The position numbers were made by a program, and so were the translations under genes. The notes below the pieces were generated by a model. That model was not told where the DNA came from, made no database searches, and saw only the letters and a program-made list of their open reading frames with translations. Positions 9,588 to 20,567 of a stretch of 54,565 nucleotides of DNA are shown in pieces (the stretch's first letter is position 1; the number at the start of each line of letters is the position of its first letter). This stretch comes from Nanobdellota archaeon (lineage in GTDB: Archaea > Nanobdellota > Nanobdellia > Woesearchaeales > JACQSR01), in contig JBHPEA010000002.1 in assembly GCA_042577505.1 (NCBI GenBank), forward strand, positions 1-54,565, given 5' to 3'.

Positions 9588-10562
9588 ATGGTTACTGATA
9601 AATCTAATATGGTTGCACTTCTCGATAGTTTCCCAAAACAAATTAACGAATCTCTTACATTACCCCAAGGTATCACCGGAAGAAGAGATATCAACAGAAT
9701 TGTAGTTGGGGGTATGGGTGGCTCTGCTGTTAGTGGTGATATTCTAAAAATCTTTATGGAAAAATCAAACCTTCCAGTAATTGTTGTTAGAGATTATGAC
9801 TTACCCTCCATTGTAGATGAAAACTCATTAGTCTTCTTAATATCCTATTCAGGAAACACTGAGGAAACACTATCCCTACTTGAACAAGCAAAAAAAAGGA
9901 ACTGTTCCATAATTGGAATCACCTCTGGAGGAAAATTAGCCGAACAAGTTGATAAAGTTATCAAAATTCCTTCTGGTTTACCTCCAAGATATGCCCTAGG
10001 ATATCTTTTCTTTACCCTTATTGGAGTTTTATCCAATTCTGATCTTATCACAATTAGAAATGAAGAAATCAATGAACTATTATCAATTTTAGCCTCTAAG
10101 AGAGAAAGTTTCAAAGAAAAAGCTAAAGAATTGGCATCAAAACTAGACGGAAAACTCCCAATTATCTATTCCTCTCCTCGTTTTGAACCAATCGCTTACA
10201 GATTCAAAACCCAGATTAACGAGAATAGTAAATCACCTGCTTATAATAACACAATCCCAGAACTTAATCACAATGAAATTGTTGGATATCAAACTATGGA
10301 TAGAAGACAATACCTTACAATCTTCATTGAAGACTCAGAGGACCATGAAAGAATTAAAAAAAGAATCAAAATCTCGAAGGATATTATGAAAAGAACTGTA
10401 GATATCGTATCAATTAAAACTGTCGGGACATCTTTATTCTCAAGAGTATTTGCAACAATATACTTCTTAGATTATGTCTCATATTTCTTAGCTTTAAGAA
10501 AAAGAACAGATCCCTATCCAGTTGAAATGATAGATGAATTAAAGGAAAGAATGAGTAAATAA
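9588..10562 (+). CDS. Bifunctional phosphoglucose/phosphomannose isomerase (SIS family)
   Basis: GMGGSAVSGDIL, ISYSGNTEETL and a C-terminal NHNE.VG segment typical of archaeal PGI/PMI. Confidence 0.75.
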   Translation: MVTDKSNMVALLDSFPKQINESLTLPQGITGRRDINRIVVGGMGGSAVSGDILKIFMEKSNLPVIVVRDYDLPSIVDENSLVFLISYSGNTEETLSLLEQAKKRNCSIIGITSGGKLAEQVDKVIKIPSGLPPRYALGYLFFTLIGVLSNSDLITIRNEEINELLSILASKRESFKEKAKELASKLDGKLPIIYSSPRFEPIAYRFKTQINENSKSPAYNNTIPELNHNEIVGYQTMDRRQYLTIFIEDSEDHERIKKRIKISKDIMKRTVDIVSIKTVGTSLFSRVFATIYFLDYVSYFLALRKRTDPYPVEMIDELKERMSK

Positions 10563-10931
10563 CTATCTTTTTTTGGCTTTCCTGCCTTTAACCGGCTTCC
10601 TAACACTAACTTTTCTTTTAGATCTCTTTGTAATAGCCTCAGATGATGCCTTAATTCTTCTCACTTTCGCCTGCATCTCTTTCTCAATTCCTTCTTCCTT
10701 TCTAAGAGACCAAAAAATATAGAACAACAAAGCACCATATATTAATATGAATATAAACAAGACAGTAACTAAAGCATTAAACCTTCCAGGAGATAACTGA
10801 AGATTTTGTTGGGCTGAATTAGTATCTATAACCAAACCCACAAACCAAATAAAAGCAGCTGCAAATGGTAAACTTAATACTATCTCTTTTGTTGAGATTT
10901 TCCTCTTTTTATGTTCCTCTTTTTTCATCAT
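10563..10931 (-). CDS. Hypothetical membrane protein with a Lys/Arg-rich tail
   Basis: Two hydrophobic helices followed by a basic C-terminus. I recognise no motif. Confidence 0.4.
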   Translation of the reverse strand: MMKKEEHKKRKISTKEIVLSLPFAAAFIWFVGLVIDTNSAQQNLQLSPGRFNALVTVLFIFILIYGALLFYIFWSLRKEEGIEKEMQAKVRRIKASSEAITKRSKRKVSVRKPVKGRKAKKR

Positions 10932-10966
10932 AAACCAATCCTAAACATAACAGATATTTAAAGTTT

Positions 10967-13060
10967 ATGGATACGCTTAAATACATAAAAAACAACCCAG
11001 GGTATATGCAATTAAGGTCAATTAAGATTAAGAATATCAGATCATACTCAAACCAAGATATAAATTTTCCTTTAGGATCGACACTTCTCTCTGGTGACAT
11101 TGGATCTGGAAAGTCATCAATTCTCCATGCAATTGAATTTGCCATCTTCGGAATAAAAAGGGGGGATTTATCTGGTAGTATGTTACTAGCGCATGGGAAA
11201 AAAGAAGGTTTTGTTGAACTCACAATCAAAGTTGACAATAAAGATATTATTATCAAACGAACTTTAAAAAGATCCAAAGATGATGTGAAGCAAGACTCAG
11301 GATACATCATTATAAACGGACAAAAAAAAGAATGCAGTCCTGTAGAATTAAAAGCTGAAATCTTAACTTTATTAGGTTACCCAAAAGATATAATCTCAAA
11401 ACCAAAAGATTATCTTTTTCGATATACTGTATACACGCCTCAAGAAGAAATGAAATCAATTCTCACTGAGAGCAAGGAAGTTAGATTGGATACCCTTAGA
11501 AGGGTTTTCAACATTGATAAATATAAAAACATAGCTACAAATGCTTCCATTTTAATTCGAGACTTAAAAGAAAGAAAAAAGATAATCGAAACCAAGGTCT
11601 CAAATTATTCTGAAATACTAGAAAGAAAACAAAAACTTGAACTGGATTTAGAATCTTCAAAAAAATTACTTGAAAAGATAATACCAAAAAAAGAACTAAT
11701 AACCACTGAATTAAAAGGCAAACGTGAGCAGATAACAAACCTAGAGAAGGATATTAAATTTTTAATAAAAACAAAACAAGAATTCGCTACCCTTGAAGTT
11801 GAACTTAGCAACCTTATCAAATTAAAAAGACGTGGTCTAGAAGACCTCACAGCCATAGAGAAAGAGTTATCCCAAATAAAAACGGAAACGATTGAACCCA
11901 CTAAAATAAATGTCCATGAAGAAAGAAGAATTAAAGAAGGTATTGTTAATGAACTTGACAATAAAACAAAAGACATTGTTGCGTCAATTGGTCAAATCAG
12001 GGCTACTATTTCACTTTCAGAAACAACCAAAAAGAAAATCCAAGAGTTAAATAATTGCCCGGTATGTCTTCAAAATGTAAATCCAGACCATAAAAAATCG
12101 ATTATTAACAGAGAAGATTCAAAAATAAAAGATATTAATGAAATTCTTCAGGAAAATGAGAAAAAACTAAAGGATTTTGAGACTCAATTCATCAGGGAAA
12201 AGAAAAACCTTGATGAAATCAGAAAAATGGAGGCAGAACTTGCTGTTATAGAATCAAAACAAAGAACAATAAAAAATCTTGAAGAGAGATCTAATAAACT
12301 CAAAGAAGAACAGACAACTATTAAAACTAAAGTAGGAGAAATAAATACAAAGAAATCCCTATTAAATTCTGAAATTGAAAAGTTCTCAAATTTAGAAGAG
12401 GTATTCTCCAACACAAAAAAAGAAGTGGAAAAGTTACTTGATAAGGAACATGCTCTCGATTTGGAAATCGTATCCCATAATAAAAACATTGACGTAATTA
12501 ATTCTGAAAAATCTTCAATTGAAAAAGAAATTGAAATTAAAAAGAAATTGAAAGAAGACCTAATGAGATTGTCTCAAATCCAAACATGGATTGATGATTT
12601 CTTTATCAACCTAGTAAAGAACATTGAGAAACATGTTATGGTAAAAATTAATTTAGATTTTAATGAACTTGTCCAACGTTGGTTTTCGCTACTCATTGAA
12701 GATGAGACCATCACAATTAGACTTGATGATGAATTCACACCAGTTATCGAACAAAATGGATATGAAACCTCATTAGAATCCTTATCAGGAGGGGAAAAAA
12801 CATCTGTTGCTTTATCATATCGTCTCGCATTAAATAAAGTCATTAACGATTTGGTATCCACAATAAAAACAAAGGATATAATCATTCTTGACGAACCTAC
12901 TGATGGATTCTCAACCGAGCAATTAGATAAGGTTCGTGAAGTCCTAAATGAGTTAAATATGAACCAAATCATCATAGTCAGTCATGAGTCCAAAGTTGAA
13001 TCTTTCGTCGATAATGTTCTCAGAATATCAAAAGACTCTATTGGGAGCTCTATAGGCTAA
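10967..13060 (+). CDS. rad50: Rad50-type SMC-like ATPase with zinc hook (short, 697 aa)
   Basis: Walker A GDIGSGKSS, long coiled coils, a central CPVC hook, signature SLSGGEKT and Walker B IIILDEPTDGF. Confidence 0.8.
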   Translation: MDTLKYIKNNPGYMQLRSIKIKNIRSYSNQDINFPLGSTLLSGDIGSGKSSILHAIEFAIFGIKRGDLSGSMLLAHGKKEGFVELTIKVDNKDIIIKRTLKRSKDDVKQDSGYIIINGQKKECSPVELKAEILTLLGYPKDIISKPKDYLFRYTVYTPQEEMKSILTESKEVRLDTLRRVFNIDKYKNIATNASILIRDLKERKKIIETKVSNYSEILERKQKLELDLESSKKLLEKIIPKKELITTELKGKREQITNLEKDIKFLIKTKQEFATLEVELSNLIKLKRRGLEDLTAIEKELSQIKTETIEPTKINVHEERRIKEGIVNELDNKTKDIVASIGQIRATISLSETTKKKIQELNNCPVCLQNVNPDHKKSIINREDSKIKDINEILQENEKKLKDFETQFIREKKNLDEIRKMEAELAVIESKQRTIKNLEERSNKLKEEQTTIKTKVGEINTKKSLLNSEIEKFSNLEEVFSNTKKEVEKLLDKEHALDLEIVSHNKNIDVINSEKSSIEKEIEIKKKLKEDLMRLSQIQTWIDDFFINLVKNIEKHVMVKINLDFNELVQRWFSLLIEDETITIRLDDEFTPVIEQNGYETSLESLSGGEKTSVALSYRLALNKVINDLVSTIKTKDIIILDEPTDGFSTEQLDKVREVLNELNMNQIIIVSHESKVESFVDNVLRISKDSIGSSIG

Positions 13061-13075
13061 ATATTAGTGACAACA

Positions 13076-13085
13076 TTTATAAATA
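13076..13085 (+). promoter_or_regulatory. TATA-like box (TTTATAAATA) upstream of the ATP synthase operon
   Basis: An AT-rich box about 70 nt upstream of the atpH ATG at 13154. A purine-rich SD-like AAGGGGGAAAGGT precedes the ATG. Confidence 0.3.
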
Positions 13086-13153
13086 ACCTCTTTTCCCACC
13101 ATATTAGTTCGAAGCATACTCAGCATTCAAAAAAAAGGGGGAAAGGTAATAAG

Positions 13154-13471
13154 ATGGATACTGAACTTATTGAAGAAATAAAAAAAGCCGAAGATCAAGG
13201 CGAAAAAATCATTGAGAAAGCTAATAAAGAAGCTGATGGAATTCTTACAAAAGCTAGAAAAGATGCTGCTGACCTTTCTGACAAAACAAAGGTAGATATA
13301 AAGGCAGAAGGTGAAGATATATCTAAAAAAAGCCGTGAAAAGACAGATAAGCAAAAGAACAGCCTATCTCAAAAATCCGAGAAAGATATTGACAAATTAA
13401 AAGAAAAAGCGGCTTCTAATGCTGATAAAACCATAGAGTTTATTCTGCAGAAATTTAAAGATGCAATATGA
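13154..13471 (+). CDS. atpH: A-type ATP synthase subunit H
   Basis: A small charged coiled-coil protein (EEIKKAEDQGEKIIEKA...) in first position of the atpHIKECFABD order. The ATG at 13154 with its SD is preferred over the GTG at 13067. Confidence 0.7.
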   Translation: MDTELIEEIKKAEDQGEKIIEKANKEADGILTKARKDAADLSDKTKVDIKAEGEDISKKSREKTDKQKNSLSQKSEKDIDKLKEKAASNADKTIEFILQKFKDAI

Positions 13472-15327
13472 TAACACCAGAACCAATGAGTAAAATTGTA
13501 GTGATGACTACAAAACAATTAATGCCCAAGGTCATTGATAAACTCTATAACCTGAACGTTTTACACATATCAGAACATTCTAAAACAGAAGAGTTAGACA
13601 TTGGTTCACCTCAAGAAGAATCCGAGAAAGTTGCTTCTTTAATTGTTAAAATTAGAGCTGTGAAAAACCTATTAAAAATTAATGGTATAAAAACTGACGA
13701 AACCAAAGTAATGAAAAATTATAACAAAATATCAAAGCTAGTAGATGATTTAAATCAACATGTAATCGAGAAGAACGTAGAGATAAAAGATTCTAACGAT
13801 CAAATTTCCAAACTGATAATTGAAAAAGAAAAGTTACAAATTCTCCAATCATTAAAACTTCCAACAAGTATTATCAAGGATTTCAAGAAGATTGGTTATA
13901 TTATTGGAAAGGCAAAATCGGTTAATATTCCTTCCTCATTACCCCATGAAATTTCAATAAAAGAAGGTAAAGGTAAAACGATTTTCGGGGTATTCTTCAA
14001 AAAAGAAGATGAAAATAAAATCAGATCATCAATTACTGATCTAGAGGAAATAAAATCTTTTGAATATTGTAAATCTAACGTTGAGACTGAAATAAATAAA
14101 ATTGATAGGGGTATAAGAAAACTTGAAAAGGATAAGAACAGAGCAGTTAAAGACATTGAAGACATTAAGAAAAATTGGGACATTTTCTTGAAAACTAACG
14201 AAGAAGAACTTTCACAAAGAATAGAAAGACTTGAAGCTCCATTAAAATTCGCTTCAACTAAAAACTCATTAATTGCTACAGGATTTGTGCCAACATCGCG
14301 GTTTGATTATGTTGAGAAAGAACTTAGTAGACAGGTTAAGGGTAAGTTATATGTAGAAAAGGTTAGAGTCAAGAAAGAAGATAAAATACCTGTGAAGTTA
14401 AGAAACTCAAAATTGATGAAACCTTTTGAATTCTTTTTAGATCTTTATTCTCTACCTTCATACAAAGAACTTGATCCTACATTCATGTTGTTCATAACAT
14501 TCCCACTATTCTTTGGAATCATGTTGGGAGATGTCGTTTATGGTATCTTACTATTAATCTTATTTACTTATCTTAAGAAGAAATTACCAAGTGCAAAGGG
14601 TTTATTGAATTCAATGTCCCAAGCAGCCATTTTCACGATCATATTTGGATTGATATATGGTGAATATCTTGGATTCGAAGAAATTGGACATTTCCATTTT
14701 CCACACCTATTAAGCCGTGTAACAGGCAACATATCTCTTGGAGGCAACGAAGTTCCAGCTGTATTGGCACTAGGTGTATTTATCGGATTCTTACATGTCA
14801 ATCTGGGTTACATATTAGGTTTCATTAACGAATATAAAAGTCATGGATTGAAAAAAGCAATTTATGCTAAACTAAGTTGGCTTACCTTCCAAGGTGGTAT
14901 TGCACTACTAATCCTCTCATTAATGGATGTTGTTTCATTCCACTGGGGAATTGGAGCAGCAGTCATGGCAGCTTCAGTAGTAATGTTATACAAAGGGGAA
15001 GGAGTACAAGGACCAATAGAACTCCCAACAATGTTTAGTAATATGTTATCTTATTCACGTCTTGGTGCTGTCGGACTTGCATCAGTTTATCTTGCATTAG
15101 TTGTTAACGAACACTTTGTAATGCCTATGTTACATAAAGGAGGCATTTTCATTGTCCTAGGAATCCTGGTAGGAATAATTGGCCACGCAATAAACATTGC
15201 GTTGGGCATTATAGGACCATTCTTACACTCAGTAAGGTTGCATTACGTGGAATTTTTCTCAAAGTTTTTCCACGGGTCAGGATTACAATACGCCCCTTTC
15301 GGGGATAAGAAAATACAGGAGGGATAA
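13468..15327 (+). CDS. atpI: A-type ATP synthase subunit I (stator a-subunit)
   Basis: Soluble N-terminal coiled-coil half plus a multi-TM C-terminal half with SYSRLGA and LHSVRLHYVEFF motifs. Confidence 0.9.
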   Translation: MITPEPMSKIVVMTTKQLMPKVIDKLYNLNVLHISEHSKTEELDIGSPQEESEKVASLIVKIRAVKNLLKINGIKTDETKVMKNYNKISKLVDDLNQHVIEKNVEIKDSNDQISKLIIEKEKLQILQSLKLPTSIIKDFKKIGYIIGKAKSVNIPSSLPHEISIKEGKGKTIFGVFFKKEDENKIRSSITDLEEIKSFEYCKSNVETEINKIDRGIRKLEKDKNRAVKDIEDIKKNWDIFLKTNEEELSQRIERLEAPLKFASTKNSLIATGFVPTSRFDYVEKELSRQVKGKLYVEKVRVKKEDKIPVKLRNSKLMKPFEFFLDLYSLPSYKELDPTFMLFITFPLFFGIMLGDVVYGILLLILFTYLKKKLPSAKGLLNSMSQAAIFTIIFGLIYGEYLGFEEIGHFHFPHLLSRVTGNISLGGNEVPAVLALGVFIGFLHVNLGYILGFINEYKSHGLKKAIYAKLSWLTFQGGIALLILSLMDVVSFHWGIGAAVMAASVVMLYKGEGVQGPIELPTMFSNMLSYSRLGAVGLASVYLALVVNEHFVMPMLHKGGIFIVLGILVGIIGHAINIALGIIGPFLHSVRLHYVEFFSKFFHGSGLQYAPFGDKKIQEG

Positions 15328-15330
15328 AAA

Positions 15331-15561
15331 ATGGCAGACGCTGGATTAATTGCAATGGGCTCTGGTCTCGCTATTGGTTTAAGTGCAATAGCAGCTGCTT
15401 ACGCAGAAAAGGCAATTGGTGTCGCAGCTATAGGAGCGATGGCAGAAAAAGAAGAACTATTTGGAAAGGGTTTAATTTTAACCGTTATTCCAGAAACAAT
15501 AGTTATCTTCGGATTTGTTATATCGATCTTAATACTCGTCTTTTTAGGCGGCGGTGCGTAA
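15331..15561 (+). CDS. atpK: A-type ATP synthase subunit K (proteolipid c, single hairpin)
   Basis: A 76-aa Gly/Ala-rich two-helix protein with the carboxylate in IPETIVIFG. Confidence 0.9.
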   Translation: MADAGLIAMGSGLAIGLSAIAAAYAEKAIGVAAIGAMAEKEELFGKGLILTVIPETIVIFGFVISILILVFLGGGA

Positions 15562-16110
15562 ATGGGTCTTGAAGAAGTTCGAGATGAATTTCTCGACGAA
15601 GCAAGTAGAGAAAAGGATGCCATTATTGAGAAGGCTAATGAAGAAGCCTCTCAAATAATGGATCAAGCAAAAAAACAAGAAGCTGAAAAAAAGGAACTAG
15701 ATATTGAAAACATCAAGAAATCTTCAGAAGAAAATGAAATGCGTGAAATAGCAGCAGCAAATCTTGAAGTAAAAAAGAACTTGCTTTCGGAGGAAAAACG
15801 ATTGATAAAAGATGTTTTGGATAAAACCAAAACACGCCTTTCAAATTTGAAGGCAAACGAGAGGGAAGAAATCGTTGAGAAACTTCTAAAGAAAGCAGAA
15901 GCTGAGCTAGAAATTGGCAAGATTCTCTGTAGAAAAGATGATGCTTCTTTTTTCAGTGGGAAATATGAAGTTGAAGAAACCAATATTATTGGTGGATTCA
16001 TCGCAGAGAATAAGGATGGCTCAATATCTATAGATTTAAGTTTTGACACATTGCTGAATGAATTGAGTGAAAAACATTCCCAGGAGATTTACAAGACATT
16101 ACTAAAATGA
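15562..16110 (+). CDS. atpE: A-type ATP synthase subunit E
   Basis: Charged helical N-terminus, globular C-terminus, and its operon position. Confidence 0.8.
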   Translation: MGLEEVRDEFLDEASREKDAIIEKANEEASQIMDQAKKQEAEKKELDIENIKKSSEENEMREIAAANLEVKKNLLSEEKRLIKDVLDKTKTRLSNLKANEREEIVEKLLKKAEAELEIGKILCRKDDASFFSGKYEVEETNIIGGFIAENKDGSISIDLSFDTLLNELSEKHSQEIYKTLLK

Positions 16111-17147
16111 GACTTCGGGAAAATCCATATGTGTATGTACGTACACGAGTAATGAAGACTTCCTTACTTAGGAGATCAGATTATGATAAGATCCTAAAGA
16201 TGGAATTAGGTGAAATCTCTAGATTTCTTGAGGAATCAATCTATAAAAAAGAAATTGATGAATTTGCATCCAAGTTGTCGGGTGTCGATCTACTTGAGTC
16301 TGCCCTTGATGCTAACTTACAAAACTCCATGGCGAAATTAAAAAGAATCTCTGGAGAAGACTTAGAGAAAGTAATTAACCTTTACCTAAGAAGATGGGAT
16401 TTTGAAAACATTAAAACAATTATTAGGGGAATTGTAACAAATGCAGATCCCAACGTTACAAAAGACTTCCTAGTCCCAATTGGAGATATCAATGAATCAA
16501 AAATTAATGAATTGCTAAATATTAAAGATGTTGAGGAATTAATCAAAAAATCTGGACTAGTTGCTGTATCAAATGCTAAAGAAATCATTGGGATTTACAA
16601 TAAAAAAGGGACTTCTTTCCTTGAAAATGAATTAGATCAGATTTATTATAACGAGGTACTAGCTTTTGTTGAAATTCTTCCAAAAACTGGAACACTATTT
16701 AGGGATTTCTTAAACGCAGAAGTTGAAATAAAAAATCTGATAACCTTAGTAAGATTAGTTAGAAATGAAGTATCAAAAGATATTATCCATAAATCTCTAA
16801 TTAAAGTAGGGGATGATCCTGTTCTTCCAAACTCAAAAGTGTTTAATTCTAAAGATCTAGATGAGTTATTTGGAAATCTTAAGAAAACACCTTACCAAAA
16901 GATTGCAAAAGAATCACTACAAAAATTCAATGAAACAAAATCTCTTATTGATTTCGAAAATGATATGAAGCGTCATTTGCTTGGTAAAACAACTTTACTC
17001 TCCCATCAATATCCTTTATCAATTGATGTAATCTTAGGTTTCATGTTTTCTAAGGAACTTGAAGTAGAAAATTTGAAGACAATAATTCGTGGAAAACAAC
17101 TTGGACTAGAAGAAGATTTCATTTCAAGTCAACTGGTGGTCGCTTAA
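16107..17147 (+). CDS. atpC: A-type ATP synthase subunit C
   Basis: Size, YVYVRTRVM N-terminus, repeated ..ENLKTIIRG motifs, and its operon position. Confidence 0.85.
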   Translation: MRLRENPYVYVRTRVMKTSLLRRSDYDKILKMELGEISRFLEESIYKKEIDEFASKLSGVDLLESALDANLQNSMAKLKRISGEDLEKVINLYLRRWDFENIKTIIRGIVTNADPNVTKDFLVPIGDINESKINELLNIKDVEELIKKSGLVAVSNAKEIIGIYNKKGTSFLENELDQIYYNEVLAFVEILPKTGTLFRDFLNAEVEIKNLITLVRLVRNEVSKDIIHKSLIKVGDDPVLPNSKVFNSKDLDELFGNLKKTPYQKIAKESLQKFNETKSLIDFENDMKRHLLGKTTLLSHQYPLSIDVILGFMFSKELEVENLKTIIRGKQLGLEEDFISSQLVVA

Positions 17148-17443
17148 TGTCAGAATTAGCTGTTGTAGGAGAAAGTAAATTCATTTTGGGATTTCAGTTA
17201 GCTGGAATTCAAAACACAGTAGAAACTAACCAACCAGAAAAAGTAATAGAAGTAATGAGTGATAAGAGATTTGGTATAGTGATCATAGATCAAAATATTA
17301 TGAAAAATTTTAAAGAGCATCAACTTCAATTTGTTCAAGAATCAATCAATCCCGTTGGAGTCATCCTTTCAGAAAAACCAATGGAAGACGATCTAAGAAA
17401 AATGATAATAAAATCAATCGGAGTAGATGTGTGGAATAGATAG
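17147..17443 (+). CDS. atpF: A-type ATP synthase subunit F
   Basis: 98 aa, LAVVGESKFILGFQLAGI, and its operon position. Confidence 0.85.
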   Translation: MSELAVVGESKFILGFQLAGIQNTVETNQPEKVIEVMSDKRFGIVIIDQNIMKNFKEHQLQFVQESINPVGVILSEKPMEDDLRKMIIKSIGVDVWNR

Positions 17444-17453
17444 GTGGTAAAAC

Positions 17454-19184
17454 ATGGAAAAAGGAATACTATACAGAATTGCCGGACCAGTCGTCGTTGC
17501 TAAGAATCTAAAAGCAAAGATGTATGATGTTGTTCGAGTAGGAAAAGAAAAACTTATGGGAGAAGTTATTCAAATCGATGGTGATAACGTAATTATTCAG
17601 GTTTATGAAGATACTTCAGGTATCAAACCTAATGAAGAAGTCGTTAACACCGGACAGTCATTATCAGTAGAATTGGGACCTGGTCTCTTAACTTCAATCT
17701 ATGATGGAATTCAAAGACCGTTACCTGTATTGAAAGAGATAATGGGTGACTTCATTACCAGAGGTATTGACGCTCCTGGATTAGACAGAAAGAAAAAATG
17801 GGACTTCAAGCCACTTAAGAAAAAAGGAGATGATCTAACAGGCGGAGATATTCTAGGTGAAGTTGAAGAAACACCTGGTATTATTCACAAGATCCTCGCT
17901 CCTCCAAACACCAGTGGAAAAATAAAAGATATCAAATCTGGAAGTTTCACAGTTGAAGAAAACATTGGTGAGCTTGAAGATGGAACCGAGCTGAAACTTA
18001 TGCAAAAATGGCCCGTTAGAAAGCCAAGACCTGTTAAACAAAAATTACCGCCAGTAATTCCACTTATTACAGGTCAGAGAATATTTGATGGTTTCTTTCC
18101 TCTTGCAAAAGGAGGAGTAGCCGCAATCCCTGGACCCTTCGGAGCAGGAAAAACAGTTTCACAGCAACAACTCGCTAAGTGGTCTGATGCAGATATTATT
18201 GTATACATTGGATGCGGTGAGAGGGGAAACGAAATGACTGAAGTTCTAACAGAGTTTCCTGAACTTAAAGATCCTAGAACTGGCAAACCATTAATGAATA
18301 GAACTTCATTAATTGCAAATACTTCAAACATGCCAGTTGCAGCTAGAGAAGTTTCTATTTACACAGGTATTACAATAGCAGAATACTACCGTGACCAAGG
18401 ATTCTCTGTAGCTTTAATGGCAGACTCAACATCAAGATGGGCAGAAGCAATGAGAGAAATCTCATCAAGATTAGAAGAGATGCCTGGTGAAGAGGGTTAT
18501 CCTGCTTATTTATCAACAAGATTAGCAGAGTTCTACGAAAGAGCTGGTAGAGTTGTTCCTCTAGGAACAGATAAAGAAGGTTCTGTATCTGTTATTGGAG
18601 CAGTTTCTCCTCCAGGTGGAGACTTCTCAGAACCAGTGACGCAATCAACTCTTAGGGTTACTAAAACTTTCTGGGCACTAGATGCAAAACTTGCACAAAG
18701 AAGACACTTCCCATCGATTAATTGGTTGAACTCATATTCTTTGTACCTTAAACAGTTAGCACCTTGGTTCAAAGAAGAAGTTGCTTCCGATTGGATGGAA
18801 TTAATCAATACATCGATGAAGATCTTACAAGAAGAAGAGAAACTTCTTGAAATCGTTCAGTTAGTTGGTTCAGATTCACTTCCAGAAAAAGAACAGCTTA
18901 CATTGGAAGTTGCTAGACTAATCAGAGAAAATGTGCTTCAACAAAACGCTTATCATGAGGTCGATACATTCTCTCCTCTACCAAAAACATATATGTTAGT
19001 TAAATCGATTCTTCACTTCCAAACTTTAGCTCAAAACGCATTATCAAGCGGACTCAGAGTTAAACAAATTTTGGATACTAAATCAAAAGATAAGATTGCT
19101 AACGCAAAATTCGAAGAAGACTATGAAAAACTCCTCACAGATGTTGATAATGAAATGAGAGAAGAGTTTAACAAACTTGGGTGA
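17454..19184 (+). CDS. atpA: A-type ATP synthase catalytic subunit A
   Basis: P-loop GPFGAGKT, the non-homologous region, SRWAEALRE-like SRWAEAMRE, and no intein. Confidence 0.98.
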   Translation: MEKGILYRIAGPVVVAKNLKAKMYDVVRVGKEKLMGEVIQIDGDNVIIQVYEDTSGIKPNEEVVNTGQSLSVELGPGLLTSIYDGIQRPLPVLKEIMGDFITRGIDAPGLDRKKKWDFKPLKKKGDDLTGGDILGEVEETPGIIHKILAPPNTSGKIKDIKSGSFTVEENIGELEDGTELKLMQKWPVRKPRPVKQKLPPVIPLITGQRIFDGFFPLAKGGVAAIPGPFGAGKTVSQQQLAKWSDADIIVYIGCGERGNEMTEVLTEFPELKDPRTGKPLMNRTSLIANTSNMPVAAREVSIYTGITIAEYYRDQGFSVALMADSTSRWAEAMREISSRLEEMPGEEGYPAYLSTRLAEFYERAGRVVPLGTDKEGSVSVIGAVSPPGGDFSEPVTQSTLRVTKTFWALDAKLAQRRHFPSINWLNSYSLYLKQLAPWFKEEVASDWMELINTSMKILQEEEKLLEIVQLVGSDSLPEKEQLTLEVARLIRENVLQQNAYHEVDTFSPLPKTYMLVKSILHFQTLAQNALSSGLRVKQILDTKSKDKIANAKFEEDYEKLLTDVDNEMREEFNKLG

Positions 19185-20566
19185 TCGCAATGTTAAAAGA
19201 GTATAAAACAATAGAAAAAATCGCAGGGCCATTAATTTATGTTAAAAAAACAGAACCCATAGGATACGCTGATTTAGTAAGAATCCAACTCCCTTCTGGA
19301 GAAGTAAAAAATGGTCAAGTACTAGATACATCAGAAGACATTGTAGTTGTCCAAGTTTTCGAGGGAACATCTGGTATTGATAAAGAAACAAAAGTTAAAT
19401 TCCTTGGAGAAAATATTAAACTTTCAGTATCCAAAGATATGCTTGGAAGAATCCTATCAGGAGCAGGTAAACCTATAGATAATGGACCAGAAATTGTACC
19501 AGAAAAACGTGTAGATATTATCGGTGCAGCTATAAATCCTTACACAAGAAGTTCTCCATCAGAGTTCTTTCAAACTGGAATCTCAACAATTGATGCGATG
19601 AATACCTTAGTAAGGGGCCAGAAATTACCTATTTTCTCTGGATCTGGTCTACCTCACAACGAAATTGCTCTTCAAATAGCTCGTCAAGCTAAAGTTGTTG
19701 GAGAAGGTGAGAAATTCGCTATAGTTTTCGCAGGTATGGGAATTACAAACGAAGAAGCTCAATATTTCATGAGAGATTTCGAAGAAACTGGTGCTCTTCA
19801 AAGAGCAGTAGTTTTCCTAAACTTAGCTGACGATCCAGCGGTTGAAAGACTTATTACACCAAGAATGGCTCTTACTGCTGCAGAATATCTTGCTTACGAG
19901 CATGATATGCACGTTTTAGTTATCTTAACTGACTTAACAAATTACTGTGAAAGTCTTAGAGAGATTGGAGCAGCAAGGGAAGAAGTACCAGGAAGAAGGG
20001 GTTACCCAGGATACATGTATACAGACCTTGCTTCTATTTATGAAAGAGCTGGTATGATCAAAGGAAGAAAGGGATCAATTACACAGTTCCCAATCTTAAC
20101 TATGATCGGTGACGATATAACACACCCAATTCCTGATTTAACAGGTTATATTACAGAGGGTCAGATCGTACTTTCAAGAGAAATCCATAGAAAAGGTATC
20201 TATCCACCTGTGGACGTACTACCTTCATTATCAAGACTTATGAATTCAGGTATTGGACCTAAGAAAACAAGAGATGACCACAAACAAGTCTCCGATCAAC
20301 TTTATTCTTTCTATGCTGAAGGAAGGGATCTACGTGGTTTAGTTGCAATTGTTGGAGAGGAAGCATTATCCGATCGTGATAAGAGGCTACTTAACTTCGC
20401 ACAAGAATTTGAAGTTGAATTTGTCCAACAAGGAAACAGAGACGATAGGTCAATTCAACTAACACTAGACTTAGGGTGGAAATTGTTATCTAAATTCCCA
20501 AAAAGAGAATTGACTAGGATATCTCCTGAAATCAAAGATAAAATGTGGAAAGGTACTGAAGAATAG
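19181..20566 (+). CDS. atpB: A-type ATP synthase subunit B (likely start is the ATG at 19190)
   Basis: Conserved across its full length with A/V-type B subunits ([28 protein letters not shown]). Confidence 0.98.
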   Translation: MIAMLKEYKTIEKIAGPLIYVKKTEPIGYADLVRIQLPSGEVKNGQVLDTSEDIVVVQVFEGTSGIDKETKVKFLGENIKLSVSKDMLGRILSGAGKPIDNGPEIVPEKRVDIIGAAINPYTRSSPSEFFQTGISTIDAMNTLVRGQKLPIFSGSGLPHNEIALQIARQAKVVGEGEKFAIVFAGMGITNEEAQYFMRDFEETGALQRAVVFLNLADDPAVERLITPRMALTAAEYLAYEHDMHVLVILTDLTNYCESLREIGAAREEVPGRRGYPGYMYTDLASIYERAGMIKGRKGSITQFPILTMIGDDITHPIPDLTGYITEGQIVLSREIHRKGIYPPVDVLPSLSRLMNSGIGPKKTRDDHKQVSDQLYSFYAEGRDLRGLVAIVGEEALSDRDKRLLNFAQEFEVEFVQQGNRDDRSIQLTLDLGWKLLSKFPKRELTRISPEIKDKMWKGTEE

Positions 20567-20567
20567 A

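Noticed and set aside
10909-11310. 133-aa minus-strand ORF spanning the rad50 start region.
   Set aside because: It overlaps the conserved Walker A region of rad50 in antisense and overlaps the end of the neighbouring membrane-protein gene. Its translation is low complexity, so it is probably spurious.
10967-13060. Rad50-like ATPase as part of an SMC-based defence system (Lamassu/Wadjet-like).
   Set aside because: It has a canonical Rad50 CPVC hook and head motifs, with no adjacent effector, kleisin-like or nuclease partner genes. The neighbours are housekeeping genes.
13067-13153. GTG-initiated 29-aa N-terminal extension of atpH.
   Set aside because: The extension (MTTFINNLFSHHISSKH...) overlaps the predicted TATA box and the SD-like AAGGGGGAAAGGT that precedes the ATG at 13154. 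The shorter product matches the usual size and charge pattern of subunit H.
15331-15561. Possible Na+-binding signature in the c/K subunit (the P-E-T motif in helix 2).
   Set aside because: Only the ET part is present. I see no Gln or Glu in helix 1 at the position required for the full Na+ site, so ion specificity cannot be called from the sequence.
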